Origin: Gemmatimonadota bacterium
GTDB taxonomy: Bacteria > Latescibacterota > UBA2968 > UBA8231
Length of the DNA: 28,431 bases
Reading direction: 5' to 3'
NCBI GenBank assembly: GCA_038128265.1
Contig: JAYPJE010000040.1
Location: 10,285-38,715, forward strand
In this document: piece by piece, positions 6,334 to 15,347 of the stretch
Numbering within the stretch: the first letter of the stretch is position 1
Layout of the letters: every line of letters begins with the position of its first letter
Translations under genes and position numbers: made by a program
Notes under the pieces: generated by a model
Database searches by the model: none
Seen by the model: only the letters and a program-made list of their open reading frames with translations
What the model was told of the DNA's origin: nothing

Positions 6334-8214
6334 TTAATAAACGACGGAAACCGCGCCGGCGCGAGCCCGCTTGCCCACGCCAGCGTCGACCTCGATCCGG
6401 TATAGGTATGTGCCGGGCGGCACGCGACGCCCCCACGCATCGCGGCCGTCCCACACCCTGGCGTGCCGGCCGCTCAGTTCTTCCACTGTTTGACCTCGGC
6501 GCACCAACCCCCCGTCGAGGCTGAAGATCTCAAAGGCCACCGGTGCCGGACGCGTTAACTTGAGCACGTCGTAGGCAATGAGCAGATAGTCGTTAATGCC
6601 GTCGTCGTTGGGCGTTAGCAGCGGCGAGGTGCCGGCGATTGAGCGGACCAGCGGCGCATCCGCTTCGCGCAGGCGCACCGCTAGGCTGCCGCCGAGGCTG
6701 AGCGGATCGACGTCCCCCTCGCGGGCAAATTGGTACACCGTGTCAATCTGCGCGCTGTCGACGCTCTTGCGCCGGTCGAGCACGCGCACCTGAAACGGCG
6801 TGCCGTCGACAAAGACGGCAGCGCGAAAAAAGAGCTGCACAAAGCTGCCATCGCGGACGACGCGCTGCCACAGGTTGACATCGAAACCGCCGTCGCGCCC
6901 CGTATCAGCGGTAAAAACCACCGACTGATCGTCGACGCGCACGCTGTCGACGGCAAAAACCTCGGCCGGGGTCTCCACGCTGAGAAAGCGAAAGCCGGTC
7001 GATCCATCTTCGCTGCGCCGCATTTGCATCGACAGCACAAAGGGGGTTTCCGCACCGGCATCGACCTGTAGCGGACTGATTTCGGCGCGCAGCTCGTCGG
7101 CTAGGGGGCGCGTCGAGTACTCGAAGACCAGGCGTTCCAGCTTGGCGCCGGGCTCCAATAGGCGCACGCGAAATTGGATATAGCGATTGGGACTAGGCGA
7201 GCGGATCCGGTCGCCGTCTACCGTTTCCCAGCTGCTCCACTCGGGATTGGGCAGCACGGGCCCCTGTTCGAGAGCGCCGAGAATGCCGTCGATGCCGTCG
7301 ATCCCCTCCCATACATCGCGCGACTCGCGCCGCAGGCGCTCGCCCGACTGCACGTAGTAGTGCAGCGGTTCCTCATCGGGACCGGTGCGCGTCTGCAGCA
7401 CCACCGGTAGCTCTTGCAGTCCGACCGCGCCCTCGTGGCGAACCAAGCCCCAAACCGGCGTGCCGCTGCTGGCTAACAGCGGCTGCGATACAAACTCGCC
7501 GGTCGGCACAGTGCCGTCGGCATAGACCTCAATTTCGGCGATTTCCCAGGGCAGGCCATTGAGCGGCGCAAAGCGCAGATAGCGCGCCTGACGCGTGCCC
7601 GTCACCTGGCGCGTGCCGGGCCAATCGATGATGGCGCGATCGTTGGGCCGCGTGCGCGAGTAGCGTATCAGCTGCGAAAAATCCTGGTCGATGACGACGC
7701 GCAAAAAGCTCAGCGGCGTCAGTCGCTGCCCTAGGCCCAGCTCAAAGGACTGCGGGAACGAGTCGACGTGATCACTATCTAAGCGCGGAAACACGCGCAC
7801 CCGGTTGATGCCGAACACACCGCCTAGGTCGACAAAGACTTCCACCTCGCGCTCGACGCCGTCCTCGTCTGGATTAAAGGCGGTGGCTACGTTGCCGTCG
7901 ACCAACGCTTGAGCCGCGTTCGAGTTGAGTATGGTAAACGTATCGGTAAATTCGCCGGGGGCCGTCTGCAGCGGCCGTATACCACCCAGATAGGCGCCAC
8001 CGCCGCGCGCAACGGCCAGGGGGGCGATGTTCTGGTCCAGCGGAGCCGACCACGTCCACACCGAGTCGGCGTTGACCTGCACAAAGGCACTGGAGTCCAT
8101 CACGGCGTCCCACGGCACGCCGCCGCGGCCGACGACGAGGCGCAGCTGCGCCTCGCTCCACGCGGGTATGCTGCACAGTATCGCACCCAGCCACAGGAGT
8201 AGACGCCCGCTCAC
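6334..8214 (-). CDS. Secreted protein, family A copy 3: discoidin-like module plus C-terminal FlgD-Ig / CHU_C-like domain
   Basis: 626 aa with signal peptide. VDLGGVFGINRVRVFPR, ARYLRF, WEIAEIEVY; C-terminal LLTPNDDGIND...WDGRD...PPGTYLY...VSVVY. Confidence 0.8.
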   Translation of the reverse strand: MSGRLLLWLGAILCSIPAWSEAQLRLVVGRGGVPWDAVMDSSAFVQVNADSVWTWSAPLDQNIAPLAVARGGGAYLGGIRPLQTAPGEFTDTFTILNSNAAQALVDGNVATAFNPDEDGVEREVEVFVDLGGVFGINRVRVFPRLDSDHVDSFPQSFELGLGQRLTPLSFLRVVIDQDFSQLIRYSRTRPNDRAIIDWPGTRQVTGTRQARYLRFAPLNGLPWEIAEIEVYADGTVPTGEFVSQPLLASSGTPVWGLVRHEGAVGLQELPVVLQTRTGPDEEPLHYYVQSGERLRRESRDVWEGIDGIDGILGALEQGPVLPNPEWSSWETVDGDRIRSPSPNRYIQFRVRLLEPGAKLERLVFEYSTRPLADELRAEISPLQVDAGAETPFVLSMQMRRSEDGSTGFRFLSVETPAEVFAVDSVRVDDQSVVFTADTGRDGGFDVNLWQRVVRDGSFVQLFFRAAVFVDGTPFQVRVLDRRKSVDSAQIDTVYQFAREGDVDPLSLGGSLAVRLREADAPLVRSIAGTSPLLTPNDDGINDYLLIAYDVLKLTRPAPVAFEIFSLDGGLVRRGQTVEELSGRHARVWDGRDAWGRRVPPGTYLYRIEVDAGVGKRARAGAVSVVY

Positions 8215-9767
8215 AGCGCCACCCGCACTTTGGCCTCTTCCAGCGCCTGCAGCAGCGCTTCCAAGCCATCTTCGTCGAGCGGGTTGTCGCGCAGGTCGGC
8301 CGTGACGAGGGCCTGCAGCTCGAGCAGCACCTCGATGCGCCGTATCTGATTGTCGCTGGCGCGCAGGCGGATCAGTCTATTTAAGCCGCGCAGCGGCGAC
8401 AGATCTTCAACCTGATTGAAGTCGATAAAGAGTAACTCCAGCGCGGTTAGGCTGGAAAAGGCAGATATATCGCGCACGCTGTTGCGCGACAGTTCGAGTC
8501 CGGTCAGGCTGACCAGGCCCGACAGCGGCGAGACGTCTTCTATCTGGTTGCGAGAAATATCCAACGTCTCCAGACTGGTCAGCCGCGCCAGCGGCGATAG
8601 ATCCACGATTTGGTTATCGGCCATGTCGAGCAGGCGCAACCGGCGCAGGCCGGCCAGCGCCGAAATATCGACGACCTGGTTGTTGTTCAGCGTCAGCGTC
8701 GTCAGGCGCGTCAGGCGACGCAGGCCGGAAATATCGTTGACCTCGTTGCTAAACAGGCGCAGCGTTTCCAGCAGCAGCATGTTTTGCAGCGGCGTGACGT
8801 CGACGATGCGGTTGTTGACTAGCGCTAGATCGCGCAGGCCGGTTAGGCCGGACAGCGCCGAAATATCGCGCACCGCCGTATTGTTAATTTCCAGACTCGT
8901 CAGCTTCTTGAGCTCGGCCAGCGGCAGAATGGAAGTGATGCCCTCGCCGGCCGACGACGTCGTGCCGCGAATGCTCAGCCGCTCGAGGTTTTCCAGCTGC
9001 TCCAAGCCGGCCAGAGAGTTCGTGCGCCCCGGCACGTTGAGCAGCGTAATAGAGCGCAAATCGCTCAGCGTAAGGTCGGCCGTCGGCTTGTCGACAGCGC
9101 GGCGCACCGCATCTTCCAGACGCGGGTCCTCAAAGACGATAGACGGCTCGTAAAAACTCACCTGCAGGGCGCGTGCGCGCAGAGCCAGCACGTCTTCGCT
9201 GGGCAGGGGATTGCCCGACAGTTCGACGCTTTGCAGGCGCCGTAACGATGCCAAAGCGCCGATGTCAACCACGGCGTTGTTATCGATATTGAGCACCTCC
9301 AGCAGCAGCAGCGAGCGCAGCGGTGCGATATCGACGATCTCGTTGTCATCGAGGTTGAGGTGCGTGAGCTGGCGCAGCCCCGAAAGCGGCGCAACATCGC
9401 GGACTGCGTTGTGCGAAAGGTCGAGCACCTGAAGGCGCCGCAGCGCTGACAGCGGCGCGACGTCGACAATTTCGTTGTCGGATAGAAAGAGCCCTTGTAG
9501 TCCCGCCAACGCCTCGACGCCCTGCAGTGAGACCACGCCCTCACCGGCCGCGTGCAGCGCGCCCAGCGACGCCAGGTCTTCGTCCTGCAGCACACCACCG
9601 GGCTGTTGGAGCGCACGGCGCACGGCGCGCTCCAGACCGGCATCGGCAAAGTGCGTATGCTCGTACACAGCATCCTCTACCACCTGATCCTGAGCGACCG
9701 GTACGCGCTCCTGCGCGCAGGCACACAGCGCGAGGCACAGCAATGCCCACGGGGCGCGCGCAGCCAT
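8211..9767 (-). CDS. Internalin-like leucine-rich repeat exported protein (possible lipoprotein)
   Basis: 518 aa with many 22-aa repeats of type LxxLxxLxLxxNxIxDxSPL. Two F[AE]DxxLExAVRRA caps. N-terminal signal ends in LCACAQ. Confidence 0.92.
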   Translation of the reverse strand: MAARAPWALLCLALCACAQERVPVAQDQVVEDAVYEHTHFADAGLERAVRRALQQPGGVLQDEDLASLGALHAAGEGVVSLQGVEALAGLQGLFLSDNEIVDVAPLSALRRLQVLDLSHNAVRDVAPLSGLRQLTHLNLDDNEIVDIAPLRSLLLLEVLNIDNNAVVDIGALASLRRLQSVELSGNPLPSEDVLALRARALQVSFYEPSIVFEDPRLEDAVRRAVDKPTADLTLSDLRSITLLNVPGRTNSLAGLEQLENLERLSIRGTTSSAGEGITSILPLAELKKLTSLEINNTAVRDISALSGLTGLRDLALVNNRIVDVTPLQNMLLLETLRLFSNEVNDISGLRRLTRLTTLTLNNNQVVDISALAGLRRLRLLDMADNQIVDLSPLARLTSLETLDISRNQIEDVSPLSGLVSLTGLELSRNSVRDISAFSSLTALELLFIDFNQVEDLSPLRGLNRLIRLRASDNQIRRIEVLLELQALVTADLRDNPLDEDGLEALLQALEEAKVRVAL

Positions 9768-12403
9768 TAGCGCTCTACTCCAGCGTAGACGGTGAGGAAT
9801 CCGCGCGTGCGCGTGCGCGTGCCCTCGACCTCAAAATGGCGCCGCGTCATATCGAAACCGAGCACCGTCGTCAGACGATAGCCCTGATAGTCGGATATAT
9901 TGGTCAACTGCGCGACGATTGTCGTCTCGTAAAATGAATCCTCGTAGCCCGGCGGCGTCGGGTTGCGCAGCTGGCTGAAGCGATGGTGCTCGACGCCCCC
10001 CTCGACGTAGGAGCTGAGAAAGACCGGCAGGCGCGACATGAGGATAAAAATCTCGCTGAGTTCGCGGCGGCGCGGCGCGCGGCGATCAATGGGCGACTCG
10101 CGGCGGAACTCGCTCTTCCAAGCCGGGATCAGCGTCAGGCGGCCCAGCTGCACGCGGTATTCGGCCTTATTTATCAGACCAAAGAAATAGCCCTCTTCAC
10201 GCTGGTTGCGCAGCTCCAATTCGATGGCGTCGTCGCGCTGGTGATACCACTGCCACTTAAAGACATTCTTCAGTTTAAACGCCGAAAAGCGCGTCAGGTC
10301 CAGCCCGAGCCACGTCGTATTGATAACGGTATTGCGCGCCGGCAGTGCATCGCGCTGAGGCAGCAGTTCACCGCGCGAATTGGGCAGTTGCACCCACTGC
10401 AGCAGGTCGTCTTCTATGTCATCCTCTACCTGACGCAGGTCTTGAAAAAAGCGCACGCGCGCCCAGCGAAACGCGTGGTCGGCCGTCACGATGGCGTAGT
10501 CGGCCTGACTCTGTCCGTCGTCGGCTAGTTGGCGCAGGCGCTGACGGCCCAGCGTCAGGCGCACATCGGGCAGCAGGAAAACACCGCCGTAGATATTGTA
10601 ACCGCGGCGGTCGCGGCGGTAGGGATAGTCGGCTTCCTCGTCGTTTTCAAAGCGATCGACCGTGCCGTTGTGGTTCATGTCGATGCCGTATAGAAACTCC
10701 GGACGATCGGTGTGAAAGCGCAGAAAGGGCTCGTCGTAGTCGGGCACTCGGTTGGGGCTAGCCGGACTGTCGTTCTGGTTGAAGTCGGAGATAAAGTCGT
10801 TGTTCTCGTCCCAGCCGGGAAAGACTTCGACGTCGCCGGAGGTAAAGCCGCTGCGCTCCCAGTCGGGAAAGCGATCCTGGTCGTCGTTGTCGTCGACAAA
10901 CTCGAAGTAGCGAAAGTCGGAGCCGTAGTCAACAATGCCGTTCTGGTCAACCACGTGCAGCCCAGTGCGATAGTTCGGTCCCGTGCGAAACGCCTCAAAA
11001 AAGCCAAAGTAGGGATAGCTCTGCTTGGAGGCGTTGAACATCCAGGCCAGCGCTTCGTCGCCGCCGACGTGGTGCTTTTGCAGCGCGGGGTTGGGATACT
11101 GCCGATACTGGTTGTTGACGTTGATCTCAAAATAGGCATCTAGCCCTTCGAGGTCGGTCATCTCGACGGTAAAGCCGGCAATCTGGTTGGCCGTCGGCAG
11201 ACCGTAGTCGATGGCGAGCACGCGCTGGTTAGAAGAATCTTTGACGTTGCCCGGTGCACGCGCGACGGGAACGAAAACGACGTTGCCCTGAAAGTTGTTC
11301 TGGCGATCGGAAGCCATCTCGATCCGGTAGTCGTTGGCCAACACCAATTCGATCTGCACGCGCTTTATCTCGCCCGGATCGGGGCCCGTATAGGAGCGAT
11401 CCTGCAGGTCGTAGCGCAGCGCGATGGTCTCGCTGCCGTCGGCCGATAGGTAGCCGCGGCGCTGAAAGCCGCCTTCTACAAGCGGCCGAAAGCCAATCTC
11501 CGAGCCGCGCGTCTGCCGGCCCTGCGTATCCCATATCACGATGTCGTGCGCAAAGAGCGCACCGCCGGCCTCGCCGTCTTCCGGCGAGTCGTCGCCAATC
11601 AGTACCTCGATCAGCGTTACCTGGGCGAGGTTTTGCTCGCCCGTCAGGTTGCCCTTGAGAATGTTGCCGTTGAATACTTCGGTCTGCGTTTGCGCGTGAT
11701 GCGCATTGACAAAGGTGCCGCCCACTTTGACAAAGTCGCCCACCTGCATCTCCACCCGCCCGCCGAGTAGACTGGTATTATTCGAGGTTTCGGAGCCGCC
11801 GGTATTGCTGATGCGCGACAGCAGCATCGTCGCGGCGTATTTATCCGACTGGAAGTCCCACTGAATGCCGTCAAAGCGCGGCTTGGAAAAGGTCATCGGC
11901 GTCAGCGTCGTGCGCAGCTCGTTGCCGATGGTGATAGCGTAGTGGAACTGCCCCTTGTGATCGGAGGCAATCAGCAGGTTGGAAAACCAACCGCCAAAGC
12001 GCCCGTCCTTGGTCAGCAGTGACCCAAAGGGCTGCGGATTTTGCTGGCGCCAGTCGAATACTAGCCATCCGCGCGTCAGCAAATTGCCGTACGCGTCGTA
12101 GATATAGTTGCCCTCCAGCGACGTCGACACATAGCGCTGGTAGTTCTCGCGCGCGTAGTTGGAATATTCCCACTGCCGCCAGTTGAACTCGTTGTAGAGC
12201 TCTTGCGGCACGTACCACTTGCGCACGCTGGGATCCAGTGCGTCAAATAACACACCCGGTCCCGTCGGTTCCCACGACACCTTGCCGCCGCGTTTAACAT
12301 TGCCCAGGCGCGCACCGTAGTCCTGCGCCCACAGCGGCGCACCTACCACCAGTAGGACGAGCGCCGCTATCAGCGCGCTTAACGTATATGGTCTCTTGTG
12401 CAA
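9767..12403 (-). CDS. Large secreted protein, family B copy 2 (putative outer-membrane beta-rich protein with Asp-rich Ca-binding-like insert)
   Basis: 878 aa, TTG start with AGGA RBS, signal peptide. Colinear motif identity with 15344..18088 and alternating amphipathic strands. Function not assignable. Confidence 0.75.
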   Translation of the reverse strand: MHKRPYTLSALIAALVLLVVGAPLWAQDYGARLGNVKRGGKVSWEPTGPGVLFDALDPSVRKWYVPQELYNEFNWRQWEYSNYARENYQRYVSTSLEGNYIYDAYGNLLTRGWLVFDWRQQNPQPFGSLLTKDGRFGGWFSNLLIASDHKGQFHYAITIGNELRTTLTPMTFSKPRFDGIQWDFQSDKYAATMLLSRISNTGGSETSNNTSLLGGRVEMQVGDFVKVGGTFVNAHHAQTQTEVFNGNILKGNLTGEQNLAQVTLIEVLIGDDSPEDGEAGGALFAHDIVIWDTQGRQTRGSEIGFRPLVEGGFQRRGYLSADGSETIALRYDLQDRSYTGPDPGEIKRVQIELVLANDYRIEMASDRQNNFQGNVVFVPVARAPGNVKDSSNQRVLAIDYGLPTANQIAGFTVEMTDLEGLDAYFEINVNNQYRQYPNPALQKHHVGGDEALAWMFNASKQSYPYFGFFEAFRTGPNYRTGLHVVDQNGIVDYGSDFRYFEFVDDNDDQDRFPDWERSGFTSGDVEVFPGWDENNDFISDFNQNDSPASPNRVPDYDEPFLRFHTDRPEFLYGIDMNHNGTVDRFENDEEADYPYRRDRRGYNIYGGVFLLPDVRLTLGRQRLRQLADDGQSQADYAIVTADHAFRWARVRFFQDLRQVEDDIEDDLLQWVQLPNSRGELLPQRDALPARNTVINTTWLGLDLTRFSAFKLKNVFKWQWYHQRDDAIELELRNQREEGYFFGLINKAEYRVQLGRLTLIPAWKSEFRRESPIDRRAPRRRELSEIFILMSRLPVFLSSYVEGGVEHHRFSQLRNPTPPGYEDSFYETTIVAQLTNISDYQGYRLTTVLGFDMTRRHFEVEGTRTRTRGFLTVYAGVER

Positions 12404-12410
12404 AATCGTC

Positions 12411-13409
12411 CTATTGCAGCGCCACGCGCTGCCCCCTGCGCGACGACTCCAGCGCCGCCGCGATAATGCGCAGCGTGCCGGCGCCGCTGCCGGCTTCGGC
12501 CATCAGCGGCGTGCCGTTGAGCGCACAGTCGTTGAAGTGTTCGATGGCTGGCGTGAAAGGGCGCGTGCCCGTCGCAAAGGAAAACGTTTCCTCTTCCTCG
12601 CCCTTGTGCACCGTGAAGTGGCTTTCCTCAGCTGGGTGGCAGGGCACGGGCACGACGATATGGCCCTCGGTGCCAAAGAGATGGGCACCCTGACCAACGG
12701 GTGCGTCAAAGCCAGATACCAGAGCGGCTTGGCGACCAGAGCCAAAGTCCAGCACCGTGCTAGTATGCGTATCGACGCCGTAATCTGGATCAATGCAGCA
12801 CTGCGCCTGCACGGCTACGGGTTCGCAGCCGAAGACGTAGCGCGCAAAGGTGATCGGATAGCAGCCGACATCCATAAGGCTACCGCCGGCCAGCGCCTTG
12901 TTCATGCGAATATTGTCCGTCGGACGCTCCAGCGAGAAGCTAAAATGCGCCTGTACCTGCACGACTTGGCCGATGATGCCGTCGTCGAGCAAGGCGCGCA
13001 GCTTGAGCGTCTGTGGATGGCAGCGAAAGACAAAGGCCTCGAAAAGCAGCACGCCGCTGTCCCGGCAGGCCTGCACCATCTGTTCGACTTCGTCCGCGTT
13101 GGCCGCCAGCGGTTTCTCACAAAATACGTGCTTGCCGCGCCGAGCCGCCGCGATGGTCCACTCGGCGTGCATCGAATTGGGCAACGGATTGTAGACGGCG
13201 TCGATGGCATCGCTGTCCAGCATGGCCTCGTAGCTGTCGAATACCTGCGGTATGCCGTGCTTCTCGGCAAAAGCCTGTCCCTTGCTGCGGTCGCGGCTGC
13301 TCACGGCAACCAGTTCTCCGCCCTTGGCCATCCTAAATGCCGGTATAAATCCCCAATCGGAAATACCCGCCGTGCTGATAATACCCCATCGCAGTGTGCT
13401 ATTGCTCAT
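12411..13409 (-). CDS. Gfo/Idh/MocA family oxidoreductase
   Basis: LRWGIISTAGI, IDAVYNPLPNSMHAEW, KHVFCEKP, GGSLMDVGCY. Second ATG (13409) has better spacing to the AGGAG RBS than 13415. Confidence 0.95.
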   Translation of the reverse strand: MSNSTLRWGIISTAGISDWGFIPAFRMAKGGELVAVSSRDRSKGQAFAEKHGIPQVFDSYEAMLDSDAIDAVYNPLPNSMHAEWTIAAARRGKHVFCEKPLAANADEVEQMVQACRDSGVLLFEAFVFRCHPQTLKLRALLDDGIIGQVVQVQAHFSFSLERPTDNIRMNKALAGGSLMDVGCYPITFARYVFGCEPVAVQAQCCIDPDYGVDTHTSTVLDFGSGRQAALVSGFDAPVGQGAHLFGTEGHIVVPVPCHPAEESHFTVHKGEEEETFSFATGTRPFTPAIEHFNDCALNGTPLMAEAGSGAGTLRIIAAALESSRRGQRVALQ

Positions 13410-13448
13410 AGCCATCTCCTGTTCGTTTCTGCCCCATTGCTCTCCGCA

Positions 13449-15347
13449 TCAGTAGGCAATGCCCAGCGTGCCCATATGCCGCTCTTCAAATGCGTTGGCC
13501 CGCACCCGCAGCACCCAGACGTAGGTGCCCGGCAGCAGGCGCACGCCGTCCAGCGTGCCGTCCCACGCCAGCTGCACCGGACCAATGCCGCGCTCTTCGT
13601 CGAGCAGCGCACCGAGCCGGCGTCCTGCCACATCGTAGATTTCCAATTGCACAGGCGCTGGGCGCGTTAGCTGCAGCACGTTAAAAAAGACGCTCCAGGC
13701 GTCGTTGACCCCATCGCCGTTGGGGGTGAAAATGGACGTGTCTATGGCGATGTCGCCGACCAGCTTGCCGATCTGGGGCTTGGGAATAGCCACCGACAGG
13801 CCCGACAGCTCGGCGATATCAGCCGGCTCAAACTGCACCGCATCGCCCGGCGTAAAGGCCTGCGGCACCTCGGGTGCGCGGCTGGTGTAGGCGCGACCGG
13901 AAAAGGTCGTGCCAAAGCGAAAGATCGGCAGATCGAAGGTCAGCTCGAGCAGCGCGCCCTCGTCGCGCACCTGGGCAAAGCTGATGCCGAAGCCGTCGCT
14001 CTCGATAAAGTCGACATTGAAATCATATGGCTCGCCGTTGAGTTTAACCTCGCGCACAGCCGATGCTGCAACGCCGGTATCAACTTCTATGCGATCGAAG
14101 CCGCGCACGGCGCCGCCGACCTGAAACAGGCGCACGGCGTAGCGAAAGGTGGCCGCTTTCTCCGCTTCGGCCAGGCGCGGAAAGACCTCGGCGACCAGAC
14201 GGCCGGCAATCGGCGGCTGGATATAGGCAAAGGACATCTCGTCGACGCGGCGCGCGGCAAAGAGGTCGCCGTTAAACTCAAACTGAAACTGCACGTAGCG
14301 GCGCGGATTGGGCGCGGCGATTAAATCGCCGTTGCTGGCGGCAAACCACGGACTCCAATGATCCGTATCCTCGATAATGCCGCCGCGCGACGTGGGCACT
14401 AGTTCGGCGTACTGCTGGCGCGTTACCTCGACATAGGTCCCCTCACCCGGCAAGACGCCTGGAATAAACTCGCGAAAGACCAGCGGCGTATCGTCTAGGC
14501 CGGTGCGCACGCGCACGGAAAGCGAGGAAAACTCGGGCGTGCCAAGCGCATCCTCGACCCAGTCTACCGCACCAATGGCCGCGCGGTCGCCCATGTCGAT
14601 TATATCGGTGTAGTATGTGCCGCGACGCAGAAAACCCGTGCCGTAGACCTCGACTTCGTCAATTTCAAAGGGCTGATCGACCAACGACTTGATTTTGACG
14701 TAGCGCGCGTACTGCGACGGCACTGCAATATCGACGATTGGCTCTTCGTTCTCCGCGTTGCGTGCCACCAATACGTCGGGCGTGGTAAAGCTGTCGAGCT
14801 CCTCGTTGATCCACACCTCATAGCCGCGCAAAAAGTCATTGTGAAAGGGTGCTGACGGCGTCTCAACGACCGTATTGCGCGGATAGAAGCGCACGCGCGA
14901 CACGCCAACGGGCGAACCAAAGTCTAGAATCAGCCAGATGCCGCGCGTCGTCACGCGCGGCTCAAAGAGCGTCGGCTTGCGCTCAAAGGCGAGTTCGTGG
15001 TCGCCGTTTACCACACCTTCGAGCTGAGACGGCGGTATGCGGCCCGACGTCGGCGCAGTGACCTTGCCGCTGACCAACACGCGCGCGGCGATATTCTCGC
15101 CCTCGTCAAAGCGCAGCGGCGCGATCCAGCCCGGACTGTAGTCGTAGTCGATGCTGCCATCGGGCGAGTTGGTCAGTTCGACCTCGCCGCTAAACGCGTT
15201 GAGCACAAAGACCGGATCGGTGCCCAAACCACCACCGCGCCACGGGCGCGTCGGGCCGCCCAGCACAAAGGTCTGCGCCGGCTGCGCTACCGCATCGACG
15301 GCGCAGACCAGCAGCACCAGCCACGCCATCCGCCACGCGCGCCTCAT
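13449..15347 (-). CDS. Secreted protein, family A copy 2: discoidin-like module plus C-terminal FlgD-Ig / CHU_C-like domain, ~632 aa
   Basis: Start moved to ATG 15347 (ATGA overlap; yields signal peptide MRRAWRMAWLVLLVCAVDAVA). LDFGSPVGVSRVRFYPR, ARYVKIKS, FEIDEVEVY; IFTPNGDGVND...WDG...LPGTY...GIAY. Confidence 0.8.
   Translation of the reverse strand: MRRAWRMAWLVLLVCAVDAVAQPAQTFVLGGPTRPWRGGGLGTDPVFVLNAFSGEVELTNSPDGSIDYDYSPGWIAPLRFDEGENIAARVLVSGKVTAPTSGRIPPSQLEGVVNGDHELAFERKPTLFEPRVTTRGIWLILDFGSPVGVSRVRFYPRNTVVETPSAPFHNDFLRGYEVWINEELDSFTTPDVLVARNAENEEPIVDIAVPSQYARYVKIKSLVDQPFEIDEVEVYGTGFLRRGTYYTDIIDMGDRAAIGAVDWVEDALGTPEFSSLSVRVRTGLDDTPLVFREFIPGVLPGEGTYVEVTRQQYAELVPTSRGGIIEDTDHWSPWFAASNGDLIAAPNPRRYVQFQFEFNGDLFAARRVDEMSFAYIQPPIAGRLVAEVFPRLAEAEKAATFRYAVRLFQVGGAVRGFDRIEVDTGVAASAVREVKLNGEPYDFNVDFIESDGFGISFAQVRDEGALLELTFDLPIFRFGTTFSGRAYTSRAPEVPQAFTPGDAVQFEPADIAELSGLSVAIPKPQIGKLVGDIAIDTSIFTPNGDGVNDAWSVFFNVLQLTRPAPVQLEIYDVAGRRLGALLDEERGIGPVQLAWDGTLDGVRLLPGTYVWVLRVRANAFEERHMGTLGIAY

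Noticed and set aside
8211..9767. Periodic DNA similarity as a CRISPR array or DNA repeat
   Set aside because: The 66 bp periodicity is degenerate and explained by LRR coding; there are no identical repeats with unique spacers.
12396..13670. 424 aa plus-strand ORF
   Set aside because: Antisense shadow of the Gfo/Idh/MocA gene.
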